Shown here one piece after another: positions 48,367-58,108 of a stretch of 64,000 bases of DNA (position 1 is the stretch's first letter; every line of letters begins with the position of its first letter). Made by a program: the position numbers and the translations under genes. Origin of the DNA: Deltaproteobacteria bacterium (lineage in GTDB: Bacteria > Desulfobacterota > GWC2-55-46); NCBI GenBank assembly GCA_016234855.1, contig JACRNO010000079.1, forward strand, positions 3,503 to 67,502, given 5' to 3'. The notes beneath the pieces were generated by a model. The model ran no database searches and was not told where the DNA came from. It saw only the letters and a list, made by a program, of their open reading frames with translations.

Positions 48367-48630
48367 ATGTCAGTTAAGATCAGGCTTACAAGACAGGGCA
48401 GCAAGAAAAAGCCTTTTTACAGGGTCGTGGTCGCTTCAAGCGAAGCGCCGCGTGACGGGAGTTTTATCGAAATGGTAGGAACATATAACCCAATGGTCAA
48501 TCCGGCGGAGTGCAAGTTCAACGAAGAGAGGATAGCATACTGGATCTCTCGCGGCGCAATTCCGACGGATACCGTAAGGGAGTGCCTGAAAAGATCGGGC
48601 CTGCTGACGCCAAAAGCCCAAGCGGCCTGA
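48367..48630 (+). CDS. rpsP: 30S ribosomal protein S16
   Basis: [23 protein letters not shown]. Start placed at the ATG at 48367, which has a GGAGGAGAG ribosome-binding site. Confidence 0.93.
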   Translation: MSVKIRLTRQGSKKKPFYRVVVASSEAPRDGSFIEMVGTYNPMVNPAECKFNEERIAYWISRGAIPTDTVRECLKRSGLLTPKAQAA

Positions 48631-48664
48631 TAAGCGGCTTTAAGCCGCTTACCGGGAGTTTAGC

Positions 48665-48895
48665 ATGAAAGAGCTTATCGAGTATATCGCCAAGTCGCTC
48701 GTAGACCACCCTGAGCAGGTCAAGGTAGTTGAAGTCGAAGGCGAAAAGACATCGGTTATTGAACTCTCGGTAGCCCGGGAAGACCTGGGCAAAGTCATCG
48801 GTAAACAAGGACGCACCGCCAGGGCCCTGCGGACCATCCTCACGGCGGCTTCAACCAAGCTGAAAAAACGTTCCGTGCTGGAGATCATTGAGTAA
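48665..48895 (+). CDS. KH-domain RNA-binding protein (UPF0109/YlqC)
   Basis: 76 aa. [18 protein letters not shown] motif. Confidence 0.8.
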   Translation: MKELIEYIAKSLVDHPEQVKVVEVEGEKTSVIELSVAREDLGKVIGKQGRTARALRTILTAASTKLKKRSVLEIIE

Positions 48896-49415
48896 GGACA
48901 AGACAATCCCCATAGGCAGGATAACCGGGCCGCACGGCATCAAGGGCGAGGTCAGATTCACGCCATACGGCGAGCTTGAAGACATCGGCTGGGAAGGCAT
49001 AACCGTCGTTACAAGGCAAGGACGCACCCCGTGCAAGGTCACCGGCGCGCGCCCCCATAAAGACGGATATCTGCTCACCATCGCGGGATACGCCACAAGG
49101 AACGAGGCGGAAGGGCTCACCGGCGCCGAGTTGCACGTCGACAGGTCAGCCATGCCCGTGCTTGAAGACGGCGAATACTACAACTTCGAGCTCATAGGCG
49201 CGCAAGTCACAACCAACGAGGGCCGGGACCTCGGCATTGTCAAGGGCATAATAGAGACGGGCGGCAACGACGTCCTTGAAGTAGACGGACCGGACGGCGA
49301 GACGTTGATACCGGTAATAGAGCAGACCATCCTCAATATAGACGTCGCAAACGGACGGATAACCGTTCATCTCATGGAAGGGCTCGAGCCGGCCGGAAAA
49401 AAGAACGGCTTGTAA
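48888..49415 (+). CDS. rimM: ribosome maturation factor RimM
   Basis: [16 protein letters not shown]...PRC barrel. TTG start overlaps the KH-gene stop. Confidence 0.88.
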   Translation: MSKDKTIPIGRITGPHGIKGEVRFTPYGELEDIGWEGITVVTRQGRTPCKVTGARPHKDGYLLTIAGYATRNEAEGLTGAELHVDRSAMPVLEDGEYYNFELIGAQVTTNEGRDLGIVKGIIETGGNDVLEVDGPDGETLIPVIEQTILNIDVANGRITVHLMEGLEPAGKKNGL

Positions 49416-49501
49416 CCCCGGCCCTGCCCCCGGCAACCTGAACCGGTCACGAACCGGCCCAGCGGTCAATGAGCGGATGAAGGACATCACTCCTGGCGAA
49501 T

Positions 49502-50233
49502 ATGAGGTTTGACATACTTACGCTCTTCCCCGGTTTCTTTGACGGGCCTGTGAGGGAGAGCATCATAGGCAGAGCCGTGGCCAACGGCATAATCGAGGTC
49601 AAGACCTGGAATATACGCGACTGGGCGCCCGGCAAACACAAGACCACGGATGACGCGCCATACGGCGGCGGGCCCGGGATGGTAATGAAGGTCGAGCCTA
49701 TCGCGCTCGCCCTCGAAGCGCTTTCAAACGCGACGGACGCGGCAAGGCCGGTGGTAATCCTGCCCACCCCTCAGGGCAAGCCGTTTACGCACGCACAGGC
49801 GCAGCAACTGGCCTCTTGCGAACGTATCATCTTCATCTGCGGCAGATACGAGGGCTTTGACGAACGCATCAGGGGACTTGCCGACGCCGAGTATTCCATC
49901 GGCGATTATGTCCTGACCGGAGGCGAGATACCGGCGCTGGCGATGATGGACGCCGTATCAAGGTTTGTACCGGGCGTGCTTGGCGAACCCGAGTCGGCGC
50001 ATGACGAATCATTCACGGACGGGCTTCTCGAATATCCTCATTATACGAGACCGGAGGATTATAAAGGCATGCGGGTGCCTGAGGTGCTAATCTCCGGCAA
50101 TCACGGACGGATAGCGCTCTGGCGAAGAGAGCAGCGCATAATACGCACCCTGGAGAGACGGCCCGAACTCCTTGCCGCGGCAGAGCTCACACCGGAAGAA
50201 AGACGGCTCGTTGAAAGGCTTAAGGGCAACTGA
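49502..50233 (+). CDS. trmD: tRNA (guanine37-N1)-methyltransferase
   Basis: Starts MRFDILTLFPGFFDGP. SPOUT knot region YVLTGGEIPA. Confidence 0.95.
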   Translation: MRFDILTLFPGFFDGPVRESIIGRAVANGIIEVKTWNIRDWAPGKHKTTDDAPYGGGPGMVMKVEPIALALEALSNATDAARPVVILPTPQGKPFTHAQAQQLASCERIIFICGRYEGFDERIRGLADAEYSIGDYVLTGGEIPALAMMDAVSRFVPGVLGEPESAHDESFTDGLLEYPHYTRPEDYKGMRVPEVLISGNHGRIALWRREQRIIRTLERRPELLAAAELTPEERRLVERLKGN

Positions 50234-50328
50234 CCGGCCTGCGCGGATATACGATTTGAACAATATACGCTGTTTAATCTTTTGCAACGCTGAAAAATAA
50301 CATCCGTAAGACAAGAAAAGGAGGCAGT

Positions 50329-50670
50329 ATGGGAGCAATTCACGATATAGAAAAGGCCTTTCTGAGAACGGACCTGCCGGCGCTTCGTCCCGGCGACGTC
50401 GTTCTCGTCAAGGTCAGGATAAAGGAAGGCGAAAAAGAGCGGCTGCAGCCCTTCGAGGGTACGGTCATAAAGATGCATGGGACAGGCGTCAAAGGCACCT
50501 TCACGGTAAGAAAGGTCTCTTACGGCGTAGGCGTAGAGAGGATATTCCCCCTACACTCCCCGTCCATCGAGTCGATAAAGGTCATGAGCCAGAGCGTAGT
50601 CAGAAGGGCCAAGCTCTACTACCTCAAGAACCTCAAAGGCAAGGCCGCAAGACTCAAGGTCAAGAGATAA
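50329..50670 (+). CDS. rplS: 50S ribosomal protein L19
   Basis: 113 aa. RPGDVV..V.I.EG.KERLQ.FEG.VI. Confidence 0.95.
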   Translation: MGAIHDIEKAFLRTDLPALRPGDVVLVKVRIKEGEKERLQPFEGTVIKMHGTGVKGTFTVRKVSYGVGVERIFPLHSPSIESIKVMSQSVVRRAKLYYLKNLKGKAARLKVKR

Positions 50671-50734
50671 CAACTGGCGCGAGACGTATATAGCCTCCAC
50701 CAGCCTCTTTGCCTTATTGCAATAAACAAGAAAA

Positions 50735-50773
50735 GGCGCAATCATCAGATACGGTGATTGCGCCTTTTTTATC
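50735..50773. terminator. bidirectional rho-independent terminator after rplS
   Basis: 10-bp stem ggcgcaatca / tgattgcgcc followed by TTTTTTAT. Its reverse complement is followed by TTTTCTTGTTTATT, which would serve the convergent REC-GAF-HD-GYP gene. Confidence 0.75.
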
Positions 50774-50877
50774 TCCGCGACGCGCGTGAGGCTGATTAAC
50801 GTCGATTGCGCGGCGTTCATTTCGCCCTGCCTGACCGGTCGAGAAGGTCTGACACGCACGGCCTCAACATAGACCGC

Positions 50878-52503
50878 TCAATGCTCTACACTCCGCACGA
50901 TATCGCTCTCCATAAAGGCGTCTACAAGCTCAGGGTCGAACTGAGCGCCCCTGCAGCGCAGTATCTCTTCTCTGGCCACTTCTCTGGTAAGGGCCGCGCG
51001 ATAGGGACGCGTCGAGGTCATGGCGTCATAGGTGTCGGCTATGCTGAAAATCCTGGCGACAAGCGGGATGTCCATCCCCACCAGCCCGTTGGGATAACCG
51101 CTGCCGTCCCACATCTCGTGATGATACAGGACGATGGCCTTTTCCGCAGCCATGAGGTTCAACGGCCTTAATATCTCCTCGCCGCGCAGGACGTGAGAGC
51201 GCATGATCTCTCGTTCGCTGATGGTAAAGCTGCTCCTTTTAAGGAGTATGTCGTCGCGCACGCCTATCTTTCCGATATCGTGCAACGGGCCGGCAAAGCT
51301 GATGCTGTCGAGCACCGCCTGCTTGCAGTTGAATGCGCGGGCGATCTTGAGGGCGTACTGGGTAACCCTGTTGGAATGGTCTTTGGTGTACGTGTCCCTT
51401 GCGTCGAGCGCGTTGATGAGGGAGTTTATCGCGCCGACGATGCTCGCGAAGATGTTCTCGGAGAGAGCGATATTTTCGAGCTTCAAGGAGGCCTTGGCGC
51501 TCAGGTTATGCATGAGCGTTATCTCGTCCGAGCTGACCTCGCGCCCCACCTCTTTGCCGTTGAGCCCGAGAAGGACTACGACCTCCCGGTTGATGACAAA
51601 CGGCATGAGGAGCATGGGCCTGCGCCCCGTCAACCTGGCCCCGTCCGAGGCGAGCGCGGCAAGTTCCGAGCCCTCCGGCATGAGATACGAATAGCACTTG
51701 TTCCTTACTATACTCCTGAAGGGTTCTTCAGCGGCCGAGAACTTCCTGCCGATTACGGCGGCGCTCTCGTTAAAGCCCGTTGCCGCGTGAACGACAAAGC
51801 CCTCGTTGCCGGGCGTGCCCGTCATTACAAAGGCGCTCGACGAGTCGACGATAATCTGGGCGATATCCATCACCTTCCGGTAGATATCCTCCTTCTCCGT
51901 AACCTCGTCAAGGGTCTCGCTTATGGTGTGGAGTATGGATAACTCCTTTATCTTGTCCTCAAGCCTCCTGCGCGCGACCTCGGGCGCGTTGCTCGTCGTG
52001 CGCGCATGCTGGCCGGGGACGGCGGCAGCGGTGTTCAAACGCATCCCCTTGGCCTTCTCAGCGGCGCGCCTGACTATGACCTCAAGCTCCTCGGCCTTGA
52101 AAGGCTTCGGGAGAAAGTCCACGGCGCCGTCCTTCATGGCCTCGACCGCAAGGTCCAGCGAGGGATACCCGGTAATCATCACGACCGGGCACGTTGGCGC
52201 GGCCTCCTTGGCCTTTGTAAGAAGGTCCATGCCGGTCATGCCCGGCATGTTTATATCGGCAAGGATTACGTCGTAGTCGGACTGGTCTCTCAGGGCGCTG
52301 ATGGCGTCCTCGGCGTTGTTAAAGTCGGTCACAAGCCAGCCCTTGCGGGAAAGCAGTTCGCTTAACGCCTCGCGCACGCCGTCGTCGTCGTCAACGAGCA
52401 TTATCTTGATATTATCAATCGATGTGGCGCCTGAGAGCACGATAGACTCCTGTCGGGTTGACCAAATAAAGGGGGTGGCAGGCTGCTGGAAAACTTTTAA
52501 CAC
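50878..52503 (-). CDS. response regulator with REC, GAF and HD-GYP domains (c-di-GMP phosphodiesterase, RpfG-like)
   Basis: REC: IMLVDDDDGV...ADINMPGMTG. HD-GYP: HSNRV...GPLHDIGKI...HHEMWDGSGYPNGL. GTG start at 52503; an alternative ATG lies at 52401. Confidence 0.82.
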   Translation of the reverse strand: MLKVFQQPATPFIWSTRQESIVLSGATSIDNIKIMLVDDDDGVREALSELLSRKGWLVTDFNNAEDAISALRDQSDYDVILADINMPGMTGMDLLTKAKEAAPTCPVVMITGYPSLDLAVEAMKDGAVDFLPKPFKAEELEVIVRRAAEKAKGMRLNTAAAVPGQHARTTSNAPEVARRRLEDKIKELSILHTISETLDEVTEKEDIYRKVMDIAQIIVDSSSAFVMTGTPGNEGFVVHAATGFNESAAVIGRKFSAAEEPFRSIVRNKCYSYLMPEGSELAALASDGARLTGRRPMLLMPFVINREVVVLLGLNGKEVGREVSSDEITLMHNLSAKASLKLENIALSENIFASIVGAINSLINALDARDTYTKDHSNRVTQYALKIARAFNCKQAVLDSISFAGPLHDIGKIGVRDDILLKRSSFTISEREIMRSHVLRGEEILRPLNLMAAEKAIVLYHHEMWDGSGYPNGLVGMDIPLVARIFSIADTYDAMTSTRPYRAALTREVAREEILRCRGAQFDPELVDAFMESDIVRSVEH

Positions 52504-52739
52504 GTCATTCCTAAGCCTGCCCCCGAATGTCTCTGTCGGGGGTCTCAGTCCCCGGCTAAAACATCCGGGGACGAATCAAGTCTCTGTAAAATCACTGACT
52601 TATGGATTCCCGCTGCAGCCTGCCCTCGTGAAGACGGGGGCGGGTATGACGACGTAGGGCGGCAGCGCTGTGTTTTTCAGCAGCCTGTTAGGAATCTCTT
52701 CCTTCCGGCTTCCGGGACGCGTCGCACGACAACCGTCCG

Positions 52740-53351
52740 TTATGCCTTCAGGGCGAACTTGTTCTTGATAAGCCTGTCCGCTTCCCTGATATATTCCTGC
52801 TGCTTGTATATATCCGCGCTGTCACGCGAGAAAGACACCGCGTTCAGCGCGTCTCTGACGGCTCCGGGCGCGCTTGCCGCCACGGGCTGAGACTCCCCGA
52901 TATTGGCCTTCAACTGGATTATCTCGGCATAGGCGGCGCGCAGTTCATTCAGGAGTTCCTTGTTCTGCGAGATTATCCTGCGCCACTCGCACGCCTTTTT
53001 GATGACTACCATGAGTTCATCGAGCCTGAACGGCTTGGCGATATAATCGTAGGCGCCGGATTGTATCGCCTTGAGGGCCGTCTCTATGGTGGCGTAACCG
53101 GTTATCATTACCACCTGTATCTCGGCGTCGAGCTCGTTTATCCTCTGAAGAAGGGCCATGCCGTCCATGCGGGGCATCATCAGGTCGGTTATAACGATAT
53201 TAAACTTCTCCATCCTGAGTCTGGCAAGGGCCTCTTCTCCGTCCTTTGCGACGGCGGCCTGATAACCCCAACTGAGAACCGCCTCCATCAGGAGTTCCCT
53301 GACGTCAGGGTCGTCATCCGTAATCAATATCTTTGTAATCTCTTCAGCCAC
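52740..53351 (-). CDS. response regulator: receiver plus a C-terminal coiled-coil extension
   Basis: ILITDDDPDVRE...ITDLMMPRMDG...YIAKPF. Confidence 0.8.
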   Translation of the reverse strand: MAEEITKILITDDDPDVRELLMEAVLSWGYQAAVAKDGEEALARLRMEKFNIVITDLMMPRMDGMALLQRINELDAEIQVVMITGYATIETALKAIQSGAYDYIAKPFRLDELMVVIKKACEWRRIISQNKELLNELRAAYAEIIQLKANIGESQPVAASAPGAVRDALNAVSFSRDSADIYKQQEYIREADRLIKNKFALKA

Positions 53352-53488
53352 TCACACCACCTTGCCTATAAGTATAGTACAAATTAAACAGGAATTACGC
53401 CCGGATATCCCGCGCACCTCACTCAACGTATCCGACGGATATACAAGTTCAGATGCAATGCCGGACGGCGACGGGATAAAAGCATGTC

Positions 53489-53803
53489 TCAGGGCTTGCC
53501 CTTGGTGTAGAGGGCGTCCCTTATCGCCCTCTCGATAAGCCTTACAACTACCTTTTCAGTATCAACGGAATATGTATTGTTCCGTATATCCGTCTTAAGG
53601 CTGTTGACCTTCTCGAAACGAATCTCCGGTATGGCATCCAGAAGTTTACGCGCCTTTGAAAGTTCTTTAGCCTCCGTCGAAATATCCACCATGTCTGGCT
53701 GTGATGGCCTGGCCATGGCATCAACGGCCGGAAGAGACCCGCCTGTTATCCTGTTAACCACGGCATCGGCGACCGGCTGCGTCTTTTTGTCTCCAACCTT
53801 CAT
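53489..53803 (-). CDS. flgM: anti-sigma-28 factor FlgM
   Basis: 104 aa. The C-terminus VDISTEAKELSKARKLL...EIRFEKVNSLKTDIRNNTYSVDTEKVVVRLIE matches the FlgM family. Preceded by a sigma-28-type promoter. Confidence 0.7.
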   Translation of the reverse strand: MKVGDKKTQPVADAVVNRITGGSLPAVDAMARPSQPDMVDISTEAKELSKARKLLDAIPEIRFEKVNSLKTDIRNNTYSVDTEKVVVRLIERAIRDALYTKGKP

Positions 53804-53848
53804 TGTTCACCCTTTATTAACATCATACCAGACAATATCCATTACATT

Positions 53849-53876
53849 CTTATCGGAGGGATAAGGCGAAACTTTA
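53849..53876 (-). promoter_or_regulatory. sigma-28 (FliA) class promoter upstream of flgM
   Basis: Minus-strand sequence cTAAAGTTTcgccttatccctCCGATAAg: TAAAGTTT, 15-nt spacer, tCCGATAA. Consensus is TAAAGTTT-N11-GCCGATAA. Lies about 45 nt upstream of the flgM ATG. Confidence 0.6.
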
Positions 53877-54012
53877 GGCTGCTACATTCGGAAGAATGCA
53901 AAGAGCATGGGGGTATGTCACGGCAAAAAACCGGACAACCCTGCCCTGTATAACCTCTTTTTTTAAATTTTTAAGGGATTATTATGAAAGATGCACGGGA
54001 GCGATATTGATG

Positions 54013-54843
54013 CTAATAAAGGGGCAGACCGCGACTAAAGGCAACCTCGACGTTAACGAGTATCTTGTTGATTTCCGTATCGTTGATGCCAAGCGTCTCA
54101 CCGAGGGTCCCGAAGGGCACGCCCTCGGCGGCAATGGCGCTTGCGACGATTCCAATCTTTAAACACATCCTGTCGGCCAGAGTGACTATAGAGACAAGAT
54201 TATAGATATAACGCTGCTTGACGGCCACTTCCGGGTCGTCAAAATCACGTATCAAAGACACAAGGACGTCAGGAAAGCCCCATCTCCTGACCATCATGGC
54301 GCCGACTTCCCTGTGGCTGAAACCAAGCTCCTCGGAGCACGCCTCGGCAATGGAGCAGCCTTCGTTCGCGACCTTGTCGCTTATTTCCTGATACGCCTGC
54401 GGATATGCGTTAATGACGGCGACAAGGCCGGCGTCATGGAGCAGGCCGGCTATGAACGCATCTTCCGTATCGGACAATTTGGTGTTGCGGGCGATTATGC
54501 TTGAGGCGATTGCCGAGCCCATCATCATGCGCCAGATGACGTGCTCGCCGAGACTGAGCCTCTTGAACAGGCCCTTTATCGAGGCGGCCACGACTATGTT
54601 CCTTACGGCGTTGAGCCCCAGACGCATGATGGAGTCCGACAGCGTGGGAGGCACCCTTGAGCCGCCGAAGAAGTCGAAGTTGGCGATATTGAGTATCTTG
54701 GCCGCCAGCGGGCCATCGCAGGCGATGAGCTTCCTGACCTTCTCGACCGAGACGTCAGGGTCCGCAAGCAGGCTCAGGACCTTCTGAGCGTTATCCGGCA
54801 ATAAAGGCAGCTCCAATTCCTTCATGGCATCCGTGCTCACCAC
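54013..54843 (-). CDS. HDOD-domain signalling protein
   Basis: 276 aa. LLHDAGLVAV in an HDOD fold. Confidence 0.8.
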   Translation of the reverse strand: MVSTDAMKELELPLLPDNAQKVLSLLADPDVSVEKVRKLIACDGPLAAKILNIANFDFFGGSRVPPTLSDSIMRLGLNAVRNIVVAASIKGLFKRLSLGEHVIWRMMMGSAIASSIIARNTKLSDTEDAFIAGLLHDAGLVAVINAYPQAYQEISDKVANEGCSIAEACSEELGFSHREVGAMMVRRWGFPDVLVSLIRDFDDPEVAVKQRYIYNLVSIVTLADRMCLKIGIVASAIAAEGVPFGTLGETLGINDTEINKILVNVEVAFSRGLPLY

Positions 54844-54905
54844 ACACCCCTTGACACGCTATCGGTTATCCGTACCTATCTTCCAAGGACAGGAGGCGGA
54901 AGGCA

Positions 54906-55022
54906 GGAGGTGGTAAAGACCTTTTACCCTCCCCCTCCCAATCATGTTGGGTCTGCTGCGCTTGACCCAACCTATCGCGTAAGGACAGGATGCAGGAGGT
55001 GGTAAAGACTTTACCACCCCCT
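54906..55022. repeat. three hairpins between the MCP and HDOD genes
   Basis: ggaggtggtaaagacc/ttttaccctcc; gttgggtc...gacccaac (same family as 40979-41009); gcaggaggtggtaaag/ctttaccaccccctgc (about 15-bp stem). Confidence 0.6.
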
Positions 55023-55075
55023 GCATCCCACTCCCTACCCCCAATATTTAGTTCTGTCTTTACCGCTAAACCCTT

Positions 55076-57193
55076 CTATCCTTTGCTTGAAGCGTCGCGC
55101 TTGATTCTCAGCACCGGTGAAGGTTGGTGTCTCGGAGCCGTCTTTTTCGACTCCATAACGACCTCGCCCCTGTCCGAGACCCTGAACCTGGTGACAAGGT
55201 CCTTGAGTTCGGCGGCAAGGCGCGCCATCTCGCTCGTGGCCCTCGACACCTCGGAAATAGACGCGACGTTGGCCTTGGCGACGTCGGCTATGGAATCCAT
55301 ATTCTGGGTAATCTCATCGGTCGTCGAGGACTGCTCCTCTGCCGAGGTGGCGATATGGCTTATCATGTCGGTTACGTTCTCGACCCCGGAGACGATGCGC
55401 ATCAGCGCGTCGCCGGCCTCGTTGGCCAGCTTCACGCCGTTCTCAACCTTGGTCGTGCCTTCGGCCATGGCGTTGACGGCCTTGCCGGTCTCGGTCTGGA
55501 TAGTGCCTATCATCCCGCTAATCTCTTTCGTGGCCTTGGTGGTGCGCTCGGCCAGCTTCCTGACCTCGTCGGCCACGACGGCAAAACCCCTGCCCTGCTC
55601 ACCGGCCCTTGCGGCCTCGATGGCGGCGTTAAGCGCAAGCAGGTTGGTCTGGTCGGCGATGTCGTTGATGACGGAGACTATCGTCCCTATCTCTTCGGAC
55701 GACGTGCCCAGTTTCTTTATGGTATCGGCCGTAACCGAGGTGGACTGGGCCACCTCTTTCATGGCCTTGATGGCCTGAGTCACGACGTCGCCGCCCTTGA
55801 TGGCGATATTCTGGGCGTTACGCGCGGACTCGGAGACCTGCTGCGAGTTCTTGGCGACCTCTATGACCGTGGCGTTCATCTCCTCCATTGCGGCGGCGAC
55901 CTGCACCGTCTGGCCCGACTGCTTGTCGGCGCCCGCGGATATCTGGGTGGCCGAGGCCGAGAGCTGCTCCGAGGCCGAGGCAAGCTGCCCCGAAGAGTCG
56001 GCTATCCTGCCTATGATGCCGGACATCTGCCCCGCCATGTCGTCAACGCTCTTTGCAAGCTCGGAGACCTCGTCCTTGAGTTCGCTGCCTAAAAACGTCA
56101 CCCTGATATTAGCCCGCTTGGTGAGGTCACCCTTGGCAAAGCTCTCCACGGTATCCTTTACCCGCAAGAGCGGACGAATGAGTTGACTGTTAGTAAAATA
56201 CATGAAACATATCGCGAAGCCCGCGGTAATGAGTATGCTCAAGACCATGATGAGCACGCCCTTCATCGCCGCCTTGCCCGCCTGAATGGCTATCTCGATG
56301 GTGAGGGTCTCGGCGGCGGCGACCATCTGCGGGGTATGGATGTTAGACAACTCGCCGACCTTCGCCTGGAAGATGTCCTTGTCCTTCATGCCGACCGCTA
56401 TACTCTCCTTGCGTGAGGCCCACAACGCCTCCGCCTCCTTGAATGCGGCAAGGAGCGCCTGGTTCTTCACGGACTTGAGCCCGAGTTCGGCGCTGCCGTC
56501 CCTGAGACCGGCAAAGGTCTTGTCAAAGTCGGCGATAGTGGTCTTGAGGTCTTGAGCGACTACGTCAAGCTCGTAGTTGGAACGGGCGTAACGCTCCATG
56601 AGATAGGCCATCTTTACGGTCCTCATCCTCTGAAGGCCGGCAAGGTCTATGGACTTGCTGTAGCCCTGGTCGTTGGAGAAGCCGAGTATGGATTTGCCGG
56701 TGGCCTGGGTCTTGTTGAGGGCTACAAAACCCTTGACGATATTGTTGAGCCTGTCGACCATAAGCGGGGTCGTGGACTCTATTCCAAGCATGACCTCGGA
56801 GAGATGGTCGCCGGAATCCATGGCCTCGTCAAGGGCCACGCTCATCGACTTCCAGTGGGTGTCCACGTTGTTGAACTTTACAAGGACCTCCTGGTTGGTT
56901 ATCGCATCGAACTCGGCTGTGCCGGTCCTCAGGCTGGTCAAGGCCGTGTCAAAATCCTTTTTCTGCGAGCGGAAGACCGCCTCAAGGGCCTCCTCCCCGT
57001 TCATGATATGCCGGTTGAGAATATAATTTATCTCAATCGCCCTCTTGCGAAGCGTGGCGACCTCGACTATCTGCGTATACTTCTTGCTCATCCCGCCGAT
57101 AAGCACGTATATGATGGGTATCTGTATGAAAAAGAGGAGTATGAGAAATACATAACTTCCTACAAGACGCGTCTTGACCGAATGGATGTTCAT
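55076..57193 (-). CDS. methyl-accepting chemotaxis protein: periplasmic sensor, HAMP, MCP signalling domain
   Basis: Signalling-domain core ...ATQISAGADKQSGQTVQVAAAMEEMNATVIEVAKNSQQVSESA... Start placed at the ATG at 57193. Confidence 0.92.
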   Translation of the reverse strand: MNIHSVKTRLVGSYVFLILLFFIQIPIIYVLIGGMSKKYTQIVEVATLRKRAIEINYILNRHIMNGEEALEAVFRSQKKDFDTALTSLRTGTAEFDAITNQEVLVKFNNVDTHWKSMSVALDEAMDSGDHLSEVMLGIESTTPLMVDRLNNIVKGFVALNKTQATGKSILGFSNDQGYSKSIDLAGLQRMRTVKMAYLMERYARSNYELDVVAQDLKTTIADFDKTFAGLRDGSAELGLKSVKNQALLAAFKEAEALWASRKESIAVGMKDKDIFQAKVGELSNIHTPQMVAAAETLTIEIAIQAGKAAMKGVLIMVLSILITAGFAICFMYFTNSQLIRPLLRVKDTVESFAKGDLTKRANIRVTFLGSELKDEVSELAKSVDDMAGQMSGIIGRIADSSGQLASASEQLSASATQISAGADKQSGQTVQVAAAMEEMNATVIEVAKNSQQVSESARNAQNIAIKGGDVVTQAIKAMKEVAQSTSVTADTIKKLGTSSEEIGTIVSVINDIADQTNLLALNAAIEAARAGEQGRGFAVVADEVRKLAERTTKATKEISGMIGTIQTETGKAVNAMAEGTTKVENGVKLANEAGDALMRIVSGVENVTDMISHIATSAEEQSSTTDEITQNMDSIADVAKANVASISEVSRATSEMARLAAELKDLVTRFRVSDRGEVVMESKKTAPRHQPSPVLRIKRDASSKG

Positions 57194-57316
57194 CTTGCCT
57201 CCGTGATCGCCCGAAACCGCAACAGTCGCGGCCATCGGAACATTGTCCTGCGCGTTATTCAGACTGGAAAAGATTGAACGAAACGTAAAACTGTAAAAAA
57301 CACCGCGACCCGTGCG

Positions 57317-57796
57317 TCAGACCGCGGCCACGACGTTGCCGAGCGCGTCCTTTTCAGAGCGCGAGAGTATCTTCGAGACGTCAAGCAGTATCAGCAGCCT
57401 GCCGTCGAGCTTGCCCACGCCCTTGATATAATCCGACTCTATGCTTGTGACAAGCTGCGGCGGCGGCTCGACGGTATCAGCCGGTATGCGGAGCACCTCG
57501 GAGACGGCATCCACCTTGAAGCCGACCGTCTTGTCGTCGACGTCGACTACTATGATGCGCGTTTCGTGCGTCCTTTCTCCGGCCGGCAGGCCGAACCTCT
57601 TGCGAAGGTCAAGCACCGGTATGACGCGGCCGCGCAGATTAATGACGCCCTCGACAAAATCCGGCGTCCTCGGCACCCTTGTCAGGTCCATGTGTCTTAT
57701 AATCTCCTGAACCCTGAGTATATCAAGCGAGAACTCCTCGTTGCCGAGCCTGAAGGTTACAAGCTGTAAAATCTCCGTCTCTTTTCTCTCTTCCAT
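57317..57796 (-). CDS. cheW: chemotaxis coupling protein CheW
   Basis: 159 aa. LVTFRLGNEEFSLDILRVQEI...GVINLRGRVIPVLDLR. Confidence 0.92.
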   Translation of the reverse strand: MEERKETEILQLVTFRLGNEEFSLDILRVQEIIRHMDLTRVPRTPDFVEGVINLRGRVIPVLDLRKRFGLPAGERTHETRIIVVDVDDKTVGFKVDAVSEVLRIPADTVEPPPQLVTSIESDYIKGVGKLDGRLLILLDVSKILSRSEKDALGNVVAAV

Positions 57797-58108
57797 TTCC
57801 CCTCCTTCCTCTAAGCAAATCCAATCTCAGTATTCAGCACATGGGACAAAACAGTTCATACGTGACGCTAAACGGTTGAACCAGAACCGCAGCCACATAT
57901 AGCGCGGCACAACGGGACGCGCCAACAGACAAACGCGTCCTGAACCAAAAAAACAGCCGGTACAATATGTTAAAGCCGATAATTCAATCGCGGCATTATG
58001 TTAGGCCCTCGATCCGGGCAGCCAAACGACCGCCTTGTCGTTATATCATTTTAGAATTATTACATTAGTAGCATACTATCAACAGGTTATCAATAGAATA
58101 TTAGCAGA

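Noticed and set aside
57890-57930. Sigma-54-like TGGCGCG-N5-TTGT upstream of cheW on the minus strand
   Set aside because: The GG/GC spacing is off by one, and the -12 element is GT rather than GC. This is too weak to call without knowing whether rpoN-dependent che promoters are used in this organism.
57960-57985. Plus-strand TAAAGCCGATAA resembling a sigma-28 -10 element in the cheB-cheW spacer
   Set aside because: It points antisense to the che genes. A -35 TAAA at the 15-nt spacing is absent, so only the -10 half is present.
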